Positions 1 through 13,500 of a stretch of 64,000 nucleotides of DNA are shown here, piece after piece. Within the stretch, counting starts at the first letter, position 1. Every line of letters begins with the position of its first letter. The notes beneath the pieces were generated by a model, which saw nothing but the letters and a program-made list of their open reading frames with translations, was not told the DNA's origin and did not search any database. Position numbers and translations under genes: made by a program. Source of the stretch: Cyanophora paradoxa CCMP329. Its lineage: Eukaryota > Plantae > Glaucophyta. Where the stretch lies: the NCBI GenBank assembly GCA_004431415.1, contig QPMI01000535.1, forward strand, positions 124,001 through 188,000, given 5' to 3'.

Positions 1-3000
1 CCCGTACCCCTCGTCTCCCTCGGCGTCTCCTCCTCCGTCGGTCCGGCCCTGTACCCCCTCCGCCTCCCCCTCCCCCGTCTTCGCCTCTCATACCCCCCGC
101 AGCCTCCGCCCCCGCGGGCCAGTACGTCTTCTCGTGGTCCCAGGACGCCGGAGCTGCCGTACCCCCCTCGGCCTTCTCCGGCGCCTCTACCCCCGTGTTC
201 AACGTCTCGGGCGAGGCCCTCGCACCCGGGAGCTACACCTTCACGCTGACGGCCTTCGAGCCGGCCGCCGGCCGCTCCCGCTCCTTCCCCTTCCTCCTCG
301 TCGTTTCCATCGCGCCCAGTGCGCCGTACCCCCTGCCCCATCACCCCCCGCCCCGTCTTACCTTCCTGCAGTCCCCCTGCGGATCCCGGGCGGAGCCGCC
401 GTCACCATTTCGCTCTCGGTCAGCGTCGGCGTGAGCGTGAACGTCGGGCTGACGGCGCCGGCCGCCCCAGCGGCGCCGGCTTCGACGCCGGCTCTGCGGC
501 CCGGCCAGACGGTCCCCTTCGACCTCACGGGGCTCCCCGACCTCTCCCCGTACGCCTCCGTCGCGCCCTTCGTCTTCCGGTTCGAGTCCCGCCGGGCCCC
601 TTTCCATGCCGACGCTCCGGATCCAGCCCCTGAGGCCTCGCAGGTACACGGCCGGGCTCTACCGCGCCTCGTCCAACGCCTACGTCACGGTGCGATGTAC
701 CCCCGTCGAGCTTTTCCCCCCCGGCCTTTCGCTAACGCCCGGCCAGAACGTGACGGTGATCGCGGAGGCGCTGCCGCGGAACGGGCGGGCGGCGCTCGTG
801 CTGCCCGGGGCGGCCTACGTACCCCCCACCGACGAGCTCTTCTACATCCGCCTCGAGGCGAGTGCTTGTCTTAAGAGGGAAGCGAGGCCTGGAGCGCCTG
901 CCCTTATTATATCGTTTAACGCCCGTTTGATAAGACCATCTTATCGCTCAGAGGATCTACATATGATTGGTCTAAAATCAATAGGGGGGCAAGGCCTGGA
1001 GCGCCCGCCGCTCACTTTCGGCCGTCTCTCCGCGCAGCTGCGGGGGCGGGACGACGTCGTCTCCGTGCCCCTCGCCCGCAGCCACAGCCGCCGCGCCGCC
1101 CTCCAGGCCCCCGTGCTCCGCTTTCGTTTCTGCCCTTCTCTTCCGGGCTCGCCTGAGGGGGCCGGCCGCGCATACGCAGCCGGCGGGCTTCGCCGCCGTG
1201 ATCGCGTCGGGCCAGAGCGGCCCCTTCCGCCTCCTCACCTTCAAGGGCGGTGCGGACCTCTGTCCTCTTCTGTCTTTCGAAGGCGGCTCACCGCGCGCGT
1301 GCGCGCCCCGCCGGCGGCAGACTCGGCGCGGGCGGAGCAGGCCGGCTTCTGCGTGACGATCTTCAGCGGTGCGCGCGCGCTCGAATCCCGCGTCGCCCTC
1401 AGCCGGCTCGAGTAAAAGTCGCCGCAGCGGCCTCGGCGGGTATCGCCGTCCTGACGGACGCCGCGGTCGCCCTCGCCGGCGCGGGGGCCGGTCCCTACGG
1501 CTTCGGGCCCGCCGCCGCCGCTGCCGCCGGCGCCGGCGCGGCCGGCCTCGGCGCGGCCCCGTGGTCCCTCGGGGCTGCCTCCGCCTCAGCCGCCTCCGCC
1601 GCCGCCTCTTCGGCCCTCCCCCGGGTCCGCTCCTTCGAATTTGCCTCCTCCTCCTTCTCGCCCGTCCCGCCCCGACGCCGTCGGCCCCGCCTCGCAGTTC
1701 GGCTTTGGCGCAAACCTCGCCGTCCGGAGCGCCCAGTTCACCTGTCCGCCCCGGGCCCCGCCCTCCCTTTGTCCTACCGCTTTAGCCGTTCTTGGTTGTT
1801 TACGCCTCCGCCCCGCCCCCCCCCCCCCCCCCCCCCGCGCAGACTTCTCGGCGTTCTACGGGGGCCAGCGGACGGCGTACCGCAACATGTCCGCCTCCCT
1901 CGAGTGGGCAAACCTCTACTTCCGCCGTGCGCCTGTAGCTAGAAGCCCTCCCTAAAGCTAGAAGGCTAGAGGCTTCTAACTACACCTCTAACTGTGGGAG
2001 GGTCGTCTAAATATTTGTAGGACTTCCTCTAACTTCCTATAGTTAGAGGGCTTCTAGCCGAGCGGGCCAATTGCAACCCGTATAGCTACTTCCGCCGTGC
2101 CCGCCCCGGCCCCCGCCCCCGCTCCCGTCCGCTCGCCCGCCCTCCCGCCGCTCCCTCACGCCCCGGTCCCCGCGGCAGTGCCGTGGGGCAGCAGCTGGGC
2201 GACGGACCGCGCCCCCGTGCGCCGCTCCCGGGCCGCCCTCGAGCTCACCGAGATCAGGTGATCCTGAGCACACCACCCCCCCCCCCCCCCCCCCCCCCCC
2301 CCCGCGCCGGCGCTGACGGCGGGGCGGGGCCCCCGGCAGCGCGAGGGAGGGGGCGGACTCGCCGAGCGAGCGCTTCAAGGAGAGCGCCTTCTGGAGCGGC
2401 GTCGCCCTCGCCGGGGTCCGCCCCCGCCCCGCCCCCCCCTCTCGTCTTCCTGCGGATTCCCGCCCTCGATCTAGAGTCCATAGAGTCGGCACAGCTCCCG
2501 CGCCGGCCCCTCCTCTCGTCCGGCCTCCTCGCGCCGGCCTCTTGAGCGCGGCCTCGCGATCGCGGCAGGCGGCGGTGCTGCAGCTGGCGGGCCTCGCCCT
2601 GTGGGACTGGAGCCGCCTCGCCCCCCGGCTGCCCCTCGTCGGCCCCAAGGTCCGCACCCGCCGGCCACACTCGCCACGTAGAGCGGCGCCGGCGCCGGCG
2701 CTGACGGGCTCCCCCGCGCTGCGGGGCAGGTGGAGAGGAAGCCCGTCGCGCTGCGGGCGCCCCGCCTCCAGGTCGTCGTCGTCAACACCGCCGTCCAGGG
2801 TGAGCCAAGAATTAAAGGGCTGCAGAAGAAGAGGGCTCTAGAAGGGGCGGGGTGAGACGAAGGGGGCGCGGGCCTCGCTTACGCTTGCTGCTCACCGCGG
2901 GGGGCGGCAGGGTTCCTCGTGGCGGCGGTGGCGACGGCGTACCTGCGCGGCAACTCCACCCAGGCCGCCATCGCCGCCTCGTGCGCCCGCCTCGCCCCCG

Positions 3001-5919
3001 CGACCCGTCGGAGCCACATGCATCTGACCGCGGGCCTTCCCCCCTGCAGGGCCGCCGTGGGCGCCGTCGCCCTCCTCGCGATGATCGCCGTCACGCAGTG
3101 CGCCCCGACGTCGACTTAGAATTCTGCCCCCTTCGATTCTATGAAGGCCCCGACGCCGACGCCGCGGCGCCCCCCTAGGCCTTCTAGACCTGCCCCCTTC
3201 GATTAAACATTCTAAGCCCTTGTACATGTTCGAATTCTGCCCGAGCCTTGTTCGATTCTTCTTCTTCTAAGGCCGGCGCGCAGCGTCCTTTTCGTCCAGC
3301 GCGCCGTCGTCTTCGAGCGCCTCCCGGTGCGCCCCGCCCTTCGATTCCTTCAAATTTGCAGAGGGCAAGGCAGAGGACCGAGCGCGCCCCGGTCCGACCC
3401 GCAGGAGCCGTCCTTCTCGGAGCGCGTGCAGGCGGTGCTGGACCGCTGGGCGGCACCCCCGCGGGCGGCCCCGCGGGCGGCCCCGCGGACCGCCCACCAA
3501 AAGGCTGCCGGGCCCGCGGCCGGCGCCGCCGGGGCCGACGCTCTGGCGGACCGCAACACCCTCTTCCCGAGCGCCTCCCGCAAGCCATCGCAGTGCGCCC
3601 GGCGCCTGCCGCGCACCCGGGCCGCGTCGATCGCCGACGCCCGCGCCCTTGCCCGCGCCCAGGGTCGTGGTGCACGTGGTGGTGGACGAGGACGACCCGG
3701 GCCCGTCGCCGGCCACCCCGCCCGAGAGCCCCCGCGCCCGCCGGCCCGCGTTGGACGAGGACGAGGAGGACGACGTGGAGCGCTACCGCACCCGATCCGC
3801 TGAGTTCGAGCCGGCGCAGCGGCCGCCGCCCAAGGCCCTCGAGCCTTACCAGCCGGAGCCGCGGGATGCGGGGCCGCGCCCGCGGGGGCCGGACTGCCTG
3901 GAGCGTGGCTGGGCGCGCGTCGTCGCCGCCTGGGACTGGCTCTCGGCAGTCGAGGGCCGCTGGATGGCCCGCCCCGCCCCGCCCCGCCCCTCCCCGCCCC
4001 GCCCCTCTCTCTTAGGCGCGCGTGTGAGCAGGTGAACGTTCCTCCGGAGGAGCGGGGCGGGGGCGGGGGCGAGGGCGGGGACGGAGGCCGCCCGCCCTTC
4101 TTCTCGCGGCACACCTTCTACTTCGCCTTCTCCTCCCTCTTCGCCGATTGCGTGCGCAGCGCCCCGGCCCCGGCCCCTCGTCGGCTCCTGTCGCTCTCGT
4201 GCCTTCTTCGTTAGCTACTATTTATAATTAAAAATTGAATCTGGAGCGCTGTGTCCCTGAGGCGCTCTTCCTCAGAGGCACGGCGGACTGGGCTTCCTCT
4301 TCGCCTTCTGGGACAGCATCCTCAAGAAGGTGCAGTGCCGCTCAGCGACTCGGGGCTCGGTGCGCGTCGACGTCTAACCGGACTTGCGCTCCGCGCACGT
4401 GCACGCAGGTCTTCACCGCGCTCGTCGTCGGCGTCATGAGTGCGTCGTCTCTTAAAGCTTGACGTCGAAGCCTCCTTTTCCGTTAAAATGCTCGCGCCTG
4501 GAATCAAATAAATGACTCCGGCCCGCCCGCCGCGCCGCAGCGACGGAGGAGAGCGGGTCGGCGCTGGCCACGGCGCAGGTCCCGTGCCGCCCGGCCCCCC
4601 CCCCCCCCCCCCCCCCGCCCCGGCCCTCGGCCTTGCATCTAATTATAACGGCGCCGGCGGCCCCGCCCCGCCCCGCCCCGCCCCGGCCCTGGCCTCGAGT
4701 CTGACGGCGCCGGGCGCGGCGGCCACAGACGTCGGCGGCGCTCGCCATCATCGGCTTCGAGCAGGCCTGGATCCTCCTCGGGCGGCCCCTCCGGTGCGCT
4801 AAATATAATATGAATTCACGGGGCGGGTCGGCCTGGTTTCAACCTTGCTGTGGGGCGGGCAGGGAGCGGGGCAGCAACCTCGTGCTCTTCCTCGTGAACG
4901 CCGCCGACGTCGCCATCATCGCCCTCCTCCGCCGCGTGCGCCCCACTGCGCCCCACTCGTTTCCAGCATTTACCTCGCTTTCTAGCCTGTCCACCCCCCT
5001 CTCTCCCCTCGCCTGCCCTCCGCGCCCCTCTCCCCTCTCTCCCTCCCAGCGCTGACCGGAGCCCGTGGGGGCCGGGGCGGGCGCGGCAGGCGTCGCTGCT
5101 GGCGGCGGAGGAGCCGGAGGCCTCGCGCCTCGTCGACGCCGCCGTCGGTGCCGCCGCCTCCTCCGACGCTTAAGCTTCCGCGCGCTGGCGCCTGCGCCTC
5201 TCAGCCTCGTCGGCGCAGCGGTGAACTTCGCGAAGAGCGGCTTCGTGCTTCTCGTGCAGCTCGTCGCCTCCTGGGCCACCCTCGCCGTCCGCCCCGCCCC
5301 GCTCCCCGCCGAGTCTGCTTGGCCGACTCTGCTCGAGCAGGCGCTGGTGTCGAACGCGGCGGCGCTCGTCCGCCCGCGCCGCGAGCCCCGCGCCGCGGCC
5401 CTCGGCGCGGCGGCCCCGGCGTGGGACCCCTACCCGATCGCAGGCTCAAAGCTTAAGGCCGCCCCGCCCCGGCCGCGGGCCCCGGCACCGGTGCTGCCGT
5501 CCTCGGAGGACGAGGTCGAGCCGGAGCGCCGGCGGGCGCCCTCCCTGGCGGCGCGGGAGGCGCAGCGGCGGGCCTCGGTCGCCCTGTCGAAGACGAGCGC
5601 GGCGGGGCGGCCGAACGCGAAGCCGGCGCCGAAGCCCGAGCCGCCCCGAAGGGCCTCCGCGCCTCGCCCCGCGCCCGCCGCGGCCCCGCCCGCCGGCTCG
5701 GGCGGCCGTGCGCCATGGCCGGCGCCGGCGCTGGCGCTAGGGCTGCCGTCGACGTCGGAGGGCCCGAGGGCGCCCCCGGGCCTCTCGGAGGCGCTGGCGG
5801 GCCGGCGGGCCGGCGCGGGCCCTGGTCAGGGGCCCGGGGCCGGCGAGGGGCGGCGCTGGGTGCGCGTGGTGGAGGACGACTACGTCTCCAGCTTCGCCAG
5901 CCGCTACTTCATCGTCTAG
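1..5919 (+). CDS. Multi-exon multi-pass membrane protein, 5' end outside the window: beta-rich REJ/Ig-like ectodomain plus several TM segments, loosely like the fungal/algal TRP-like (PF06011-type) C-terminal domain
   Basis: Exon fragments read YVFSWSQ..EALAPGSYTFTLTAFEP (REJ/PKD-like), DFSAFYGGQRTAYRNMSASLEWANLYF, and hydrophobic segments FLVAAVATAYL, AVGAVALLAMIAV, FYFAFSSLFAD, VFTALVVGVM, NLVLFLVNAADVAIIALL and GFVLLVQLVASW. Stop TAG at 5917-5919. The family assignment is inference and the exon chain was not fully resolved. Confidence 0.5.
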
Positions 5920-5939
5920 CTGTCGTCGCCTTATCGGAA

Positions 5940-7464
5940 GTTTAGATACATAAAATTATAAGTATTGTGTATACGTAGCTAAAGAGTGTTAATAAGTGCA
6001 CGATCTGGGTCCGAAGACCGGTGTCTTCCCCTCCGTGCAAGTCTTTCGGGGTGAGCGTAATTATAACTCAGTAACTCTTCACGTCAAGCTCACGTTTACA
6101 GCCTTCATGATCATCATATGAGCAGCCCTTGCTATGTATGAGTCGATTTAGATATGTGAAGAGTACTAGTGTGTAATGCAAATGATTACTGCAAGGGGGT
6201 TGTTGGTTAACGTTCAGTTTCTGACCGCTGTATAGGTACGATTAATATTGCCGCAACGACAACGTTGTTGGTCAACGTTGTTGGTACGATTGCCGCAGTG
6301 CGCTCTAGGGCGGAATGTGGATCGGCCGCGGTAATATAAAGGATAGCTATATATATAGACGACCTCACATGCACGTGCTCGCACGATCACTTGGTGGCAG
6401 CTTAATCGGAACGCTTCGACCAGGGTCGACGTCGAGATCAAGCTAGCCACCTTCCAGAAAAATTAAGTTTGTTAAGGCCGAAGCCTTCACAAACTTTGAT
6501 CTTTGCTATCCTAACGTCGCTGTCTTCGTGCGACGTGTACGTGCAGTGTATTCGAACGGAATTTCGAACCGTCAGATTCTCAGAATCTAAAACAGCCTCA
6601 AGCTTAAGCTTAAGCTTAAGTTTACATCCTACGTATACGAGCAGCGCATTTAATTTGAACACGATCCTAGCTGAACCAGCAGCGCATTTAATTCGAGCAC
6701 GCGCAGCTGAACAGCTGAACGGACGTCGACGTAAAATCTTAAGCTAAACATATATTATATGAACGTCAACGTCAAGCGGTCGCGAGAGCTTTGAGCTACC
6801 GCTGTTGAGAAATCTAAAAGTGTCCAGCTGAGCGACGAATTCGCACAAACAATCATCATCGGCCATTCTAACTACCCTAGTACAACTGGACTGAATCGAA
6901 CGACTTTGTATTTCGATTGCAATCCGAATATCTAAAGCGAACTGAGCGCGTCATCAATGGGTCGCCGTAATCGCTTCACTAGCTATATATATAGTACCTG
7001 TTGCTCATGAAATTCACTTAATCAGATTGGATTGCGAGTGATCAATCGAATCGCTGAAAGGCGTGAATTCGAATCAAAAGACCTAGAAGACTATCATTGG
7101 AACTACCAGTTAAACAAACAATGGCGTTACTACGCACACAGAACCCAGTGAGCTAAGCTCCAAAAACATCGAGGCAAAAAAACAACTTCTGCTTTCAAGC
7201 TGCTATCGCTGTGAAGAGAAAATGAAGCTGACGTCGCAATACGGCTAACACATTTCGGATTAAAAAACTAAAAAGACTTAAGAAGACGAACTAATGACTG
7301 AGCATGCGGCCAAAGATTGAATGAAGAGAATTTGGATCACGGGCACGCTAACGAGTTGTAAAATACATGCAGGCAATTGCAAGCTTTAATCACATAACGT
7401 TAACAGCGTCCATCATGGCAGACATAAAGAAGAACTGATAGCTCAAACTGGTCGAATTTTCGCA
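5940..7464. other. AT-rich degenerate island between two convergent gene ends; possibly a decayed mobile element
   Basis: Abrupt fall in GC relative to both flanks, no intact ORF, and coding-like remnants broken by stops (EFESKDLEDYHWNYQLNKQWRYYAHRTQ* near 7065-7150). No TIR or TSD recognised. Confidence 0.35.
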
Positions 7465-7519
7465 TGCACCCTGGCTTGCTGCACCCTGGGGTGCACCCTA
7501 GGCTTGCTGCACCCTGGGG
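7465..7519. repeat. 27/28-bp tandem duplication at the 3' end of the large surface-protein gene
   Basis: tgcaccctggcttgctgcaccctgggg (7465-7491) followed by tgcaccctaggcttgctgcaccctgggg (7492-7519). Confidence 0.85.
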
Positions 7520-10500
7520 TCGGCGGCGGGCTGCGACTGGCTGTCCTCGCGATCGAGCGTTCTCCAACGGGACCCGGACGTTCGTTGCGAACGCGAAGTG
7601 ACGCGGCCCACCGGCGACGAGCCCCGGGAGCCGTCCGGCGTCCCCGGGATGGAAACGGCCCCCGACCCGGCGCTCGCCCCCGCGGACGGCGCCGGCCGCA
7701 GACGGGTACCGGCGGCGTCAGCGTCTTCGACGTGCACGTCCAACGGCAGCGCTGAGAGCTGCGAAAGCGTACGCGTGGGCCGGGAGCCGAATCAAAGAAT
7801 TGTGCACGAGCGCGACTATATAGCTAGGCCTAGGCGACTGCGCATATGGCTTACGGAAAGAACGGATCTGGATGTTGTCGCTCTGGATACAGAATAGTCT
7901 GCCGCTGAAGGCGATTCCGAGTGCTCCATGGTGCCGGCGCGGTCACTGGGGGCCCTCCGGAACGGCCGCGGCCGCGCTTGCCGCCAGTCGCTCGCGGGCA
8001 CTTGCAGAGAAGGCTGCGAGACGTGTATATGCGGCATGCTTCTCGGCGCCCGAGCGCCGCCGTGGCCGCCCGCTTGCGGAAATTGGGGAGCGAAAGCGAC
8101 GCTCTCGGCCTCCAGCGCAGAAAAGGCACCGCCGTCCGATTGCCCATCGACAGTGGTCGCCGCCCCCGGAAGATCGCACTCGGATGGAGCGCCGACAACG
8201 TCGACGCCAGCCGCTGTAGAGTGCCTTCGACGACCGTCAACTGGCGCGTGCTGTCCGACCGAGGTGTGCTCGAGCTCGAGCTCGCCATCGCTGACCGCGC
8301 CCTCCGTTCGCCCGCGCCTGCCAGCCCAGCGCTGCGAGTGGCGTCGACGTCGGCACATGTACATGTGATTAATTGCAAATTAAAAGAATAGGCTGGTCAT
8401 GAAGCGGCACAAGTACGGACCGCTTCGGCTGTGGCGAACGTCAAGACCTTTCGGTTCCGCTTGCGTGCACGCTCTTGGTCCGCACGCTTTCTCCGCCGCT
8501 GAACGATGCGTTTACGCCATGGCAAACTCGGACAGCATTGACAAAATTCAGACGGCCGTACCTTCAGCCACTTCATGAAGTCAAGGTACCTCTCGAAGGG
8601 AGTTCCGATGTAGTCCTTCGCCGCGAACGCGAGCGCCCAGATGCCCGCGATAAACTCAAGCGGGCTCTGCGCAGGTGCACAAGTCGTGAACAAGACGTGC
8701 AAACTTCTTATCTTGCGATTGCGGGGCGCACGTTCTTTGTCTTCACGTCGACGAGCAGGTACGTCGGCGCGACGCTCATGTCGACGCGGACGGCGACCTC
8801 GTTCTGCGACTGCAGCTCGGGCCTGAATGTGGCGAGGCCCACCTCGGCGCCGGAGTTCTCCTCGTTCGGAACTGACGCTTTGTAGCGCGCGCGGCCCTCG
8901 TCGCTCTTGAAGTGGACCGCGTTCAGGGCAATCGGAACGGTGATCGGCCTCGGCCCGCGGAACGCCCGGCTGCGCGTCGACGTCGCGATCGAACCGTTGA
9001 TGGCGACATCGCCAGGCAGCTGCACGGAAATCGAAGCGCGATATTGTTTGCGGTGGTATAATTCATGATAAATGAAATCGTGTAAAATACCTGGATGGCG
9101 AACTGGAGTCCGAGCGAATAGGCCAGCGTCCGAGCCGTCGAAGCTCGTGTTGTGGGGCTCGTTCTCAGAGGCATTTCCGTAGAAATGTTCCATCTTGGCA
9201 CGAGCCGGAATTGTACGAAGGGATTGATCGTTTGAACGCTCGCGAATCTGCAGAGCGTCATCGCGCATTCGTAGTGAAACTAACACCTTTCATACCTGCA
9301 TCGTCTACAAAGCCAGCTGATGGAGCACGTCGTTCTGTCCGCTGTCTGCAGTGTCGCTACGCTCGAGGCGCCGGAGAAGCCCCCTGCAGTAACGAGGACG
9401 TCGTTGTAGCCGGACTCCCTGGCCTGGCACGGGCCGAGGTAGCCCCGCACTGCAACCGTAACCGCAAAGACGCCCTGGATGTTGCCGGCCGACGGGGAGG
9501 CGCCCGGCGTCAGAGCCTGCGACGGGTTCAGCGTGGTTCACATCATTCGCATCGCGCGGTGTCCCTGTCTTACTCACCGCGGTCACGTAGTAATTCGCGT
9601 GGACGTACTCCGTAACGGTAAAAGAGACCGCGAGAACCATCAGAACCGCCACGAGGACAGTCAGGAAGGCGCCGAGCAATGTGCGCGTCTCCGACTTGTC
9701 CTGTTTTTGACCATCATCATGATTATCATCATCCGATTCGTGCGCGAGGAAATGTAACCAGACGATCTGCGTGGTCAAGATAACTCGCTGTAAGCTATAG
9801 CTACAACGCAACAATGCACATGGAATGCAAGACGCAACCCTCTGTTTCCGTCCGGCGATAATATCGGAAGGTGGCGGGAATCGCAAGGACCGTTTTTGCT
9901 CGCGTGTCTCCCCGTCCCCACCCGACTGCTCGCCTGATCAGCGAAATGAAATTCCGCAAAATGAAAGGCCGGCTACCTGATTGGTAGAGACGGGAAAGTA
10001 GATATACACGAGAGCTCCGATTCCCACTGCGCGCGCATTAATATTGCGCATGCGCGCGGTTTGAGAGACACGAACTGAAGTGCAAACAAACATGTAAAGC
10101 CCAACGAACAGGGCATGCGCACCTGCGACAACCCCGCCGACCGCAATTCCGAGGATTCTCAGGTAAAGGTTGAATAGATAATCATTCTGCAGTCGGGTCA
10201 GATCCTGCCTTTAAGACTCACGCAAAGCTTAGCGCGTCAAAATCGCGGCGGACCACGGCGGCCTCGTCCTCGATCACGGGTTCGACGACGGTCGCGTTGA
10301 ACGCGCCGTAGAGGTAGGCCGAGGCCTCCGTCTGACTCGCTCCGGTCGGCGCCGACGCGTTCAACGAGGCCTGCCGCAGGCCCCGGCCGCGAGCTGCCCT
10401 CAGCGTCCGGCGCGCGCCGGGAAGCGGCTCAACGACGCCCGCCCCGTCATCCAGAGCGGACGTTCTGCGCATACGCATCCGGATTCAGAAACCGATTGCG

Positions 10501-13500
10501 GCATCGATATCGAGATAATTATAAGTGTTTTTCGAGCGCACTCTACGTCTGGAAACACGAAGGCCGCCAGGTCGAGCGCCTCGGCCTCCGGAGCGAAGAT
10601 GTCGCTGAGCTTGATCGGCCGAGACGTGGCCACGGTGCACAGCTCGTCGCTGCTGCAGAGGAGGCACGCCGTCGAGCCGGCTTCGGGCGCATACGAGCCG
10701 GGCGGACACTGAGCGACACAACAGCTTCACTCATTGGGTTTGCAGCATCACGGGCTCTACACTTCGAACGCACAGGAGTACAGCTTGACATTGATGCGTT
10801 GCGGCTCGTTCCGGGGCTGCAAGCCTCGCAGACCGTCCGCGCAGGATCGCTCTGTTGAAGGGAGAGTCAATCAGACATCTTGCGCAGAGACCTGCAAAAT
10901 GAACATATGAAGGTCGTCGACTTCGGCGCACCGTAAATCCGGCCGCGCAAAGCTCGCAAGCTAGAGCCGCAGCGACAGAAGCCACGCTATTCAGAGGGCA
11001 AGCCTCGCAAGCAGCGGTTGTGTTGGACAGGTACTCGCCAGGGCTGCCGCGGCGAAAATTGAGACAATGATGAAGCCTTACTTAACCGTTGCACAGTGAC
11101 AAAAATGAACAGTTCAACAGTAAAAGCAGCAATATAACAGGTAACGTTCTGGCACGATTCGCACCTGCAAGGGATGCAGGAAACGCCATCCCCGCTTGTG
11201 ACGTGGCCCGACGGGCAGGGGCGGCAGGCGGCGGTCGCCTGCGCCGGGGCGTGCGATCCCGCCCCGCACCGCTCGCAGCGGAGCCCATCCGGCGACGGCG
11301 CGAACCCGGCCTCACACGCTGACTAGCGATCAGATAATTCGAATTAGAAATTCGAAATTGATTTGACGGCGCACCTGTGCAGGCCGTGCGGTCGGCCTTC
11401 GAGACCCATCCCTCGGGGCAGCGCTTGCAGATCGAAGCACCGAAAGCCTCGGCGAAATATCCCTGCGAGAGCATCAGCGAGGTCAAAAGGGAGGAAAGGG
11501 CGCTGAGAAGGGGCGATCGTACGCCAGGGCAAAGCAGGCAAGCGGAGAGGCTTGCGTTGCGGAAGCGGCCCAGGGTGCAAGGCGCGCAAGACCGCCGGTC
11601 CTCGTTGTTGACTGTTCCCTCCGCACACGGCTGTTTTCAAATTGAAAGCAGAGAGGGTCAGGTCTCGACATCGGTCTGGATCAAATTTGACGCGAAGCAA
11701 CGCACGTCGCAGGCGCCGCCCTTTCCGGGCGAGTTGGACACAGAGTTCGGCGGGCACGGCTGACACGTAGAGGAGCCGTTCGGCATGAAATTCCCCTCTG
11801 CGATATAAATTATTTTTTACAGTCTCACTCAATTTATATTTTAGGCGGCGCTGCAGTTTCAGCTGCAGTGCAAGCGGCGCACCAGTGCAGGCAATGCAGG
11901 CTTTTCCGTTGCGCGCGGCAAAAGCTGGCGAGACAAGTTATTATAAATACGCTGCACTCCAACCAACGTGATTGTTTAAAGCGCTCACAGCCGAGGGGGC
12001 ACTCCAAGCAGTCGCCTCCATGACCCGCCGGAGACCAGAAGCCTGGAGCGCACTGCAAAAAGTTTCACACTTGACCCGGCCTTGCAGAGCCACAGTCTTG
12101 GAACGTACCGGCGTGCAGAAGGACGCCCCCGCCGGCATGTGGAACCCACCAGCGCACGGCTCGCAGCGGTCGCCGGTCTCCGCCGGCACCTGCCCCTCCG
12201 GGCACCGCGTGCAGTTCGTCGCCCCGAGGCCGCCGGCGACCGCGTTTGGCGGGCAGTCCTGGCACGCCGCCCCGCGCGACGGCTGGTACATCCTGCCGCC
12301 CCCGCTCGCCCGCCCGGCGTCGCGAAGCAGCGCGGACCGGCGCCCCCGCGCACCCGACGGGGCAGGGGATGCAGAGGGTGCGGGCGGCGTTGGGGCCTGG
12401 CCGAGCGGGCACTCCTCGCAGGCGCCAAACGCGCGCGCGGCCGCCGCGACGGAGCCCGAGGGGCACGCCTGGCACGGCGCCCCTCCGACGCCTGGAATGA
12501 GCCCGGCGGGCAGTCCACGCACGCCCGCCGCTCGCCGTTCGCCACCAACCCTGCGCCACCACCAGCCCCGTCGTACGAATTCGAAAAATAAATTTCCATT
12601 TCGCTCGGCCCGCCGGCGGCGCACCCTGGGCGCAGGGGCTGCAGGCGCCCTGGGTGGCCTGGTCGGGAGCGACGGCCCCTGCGGGACACTGCGCGGCGCC
12701 CCGGGCCGCTCAGCGGGCGGCGGGTATCGCGGTTTCGCGGCTCGCGCTGTCGTGCACCGGGGCGCAGAAGGGGGCGTCGTCGGGCCGGTACGAGCCGCTG
12801 GGGCAGGGCGTGCAGGAGCGGCGGTCGGGCGCCGAGATGTGGCCTGCCTCGCACGGCTCGCACTGCCCGAAGGTGGCGGCCGAGGGCGCCTTGGTCCCCA
12901 GCGGGCACTGCTGGCACGAGCTGCCGGCGTCGGCCTGGTAGCTGCCGGCCGCGCACTCGGCGCAGCCCGTCCGGTCGTCCCTCGCCACCGTCCCTGCCCG
13001 CGGCGCGAGGTCGGTCGGTCGACCTCGACAGGCGCTGGGACCGTTCTTCTGCGCGACGCGAACCGTTGCGGCAGGGCAGGCAGACGCTCGAGCCTTGGGA
13101 CTGCGCGTGGGTGCCCGCGGGGCACTGCGAAACAAAATCAATTCGTGGGCGGCTTCGTCGGCGAATGGAGCGCGGGGCCGGCGCTCACGGGGATGCAGAT
13201 GGGGCTCTGGTCGGGCCGGTACGTCCCGCGGCGCACGGCTCGCAGCGGTCGCCGGTCTCTGCCGGCACCTGCCCCTCCGGGCACCGCGTGCAGTTCGTCG
13301 CCCCGAGGCCGCCGGCGACCGCGTTCGGCGGGCAGTCCTGGCACGCCGCCCCGCGCGACGGCTGGTACATCCTGCCGCCCCGCTCGCCCGCCCGGCGCCG
13401 CGAAGCAGCGCGGACCGGCGCCCCCGCGCACCCGACGGGGCAGGGGATGCAGAGGGTGCGGGCGGCGTTGGGGCCTGGCCGAGCGGGCACTCCTCGCAGG

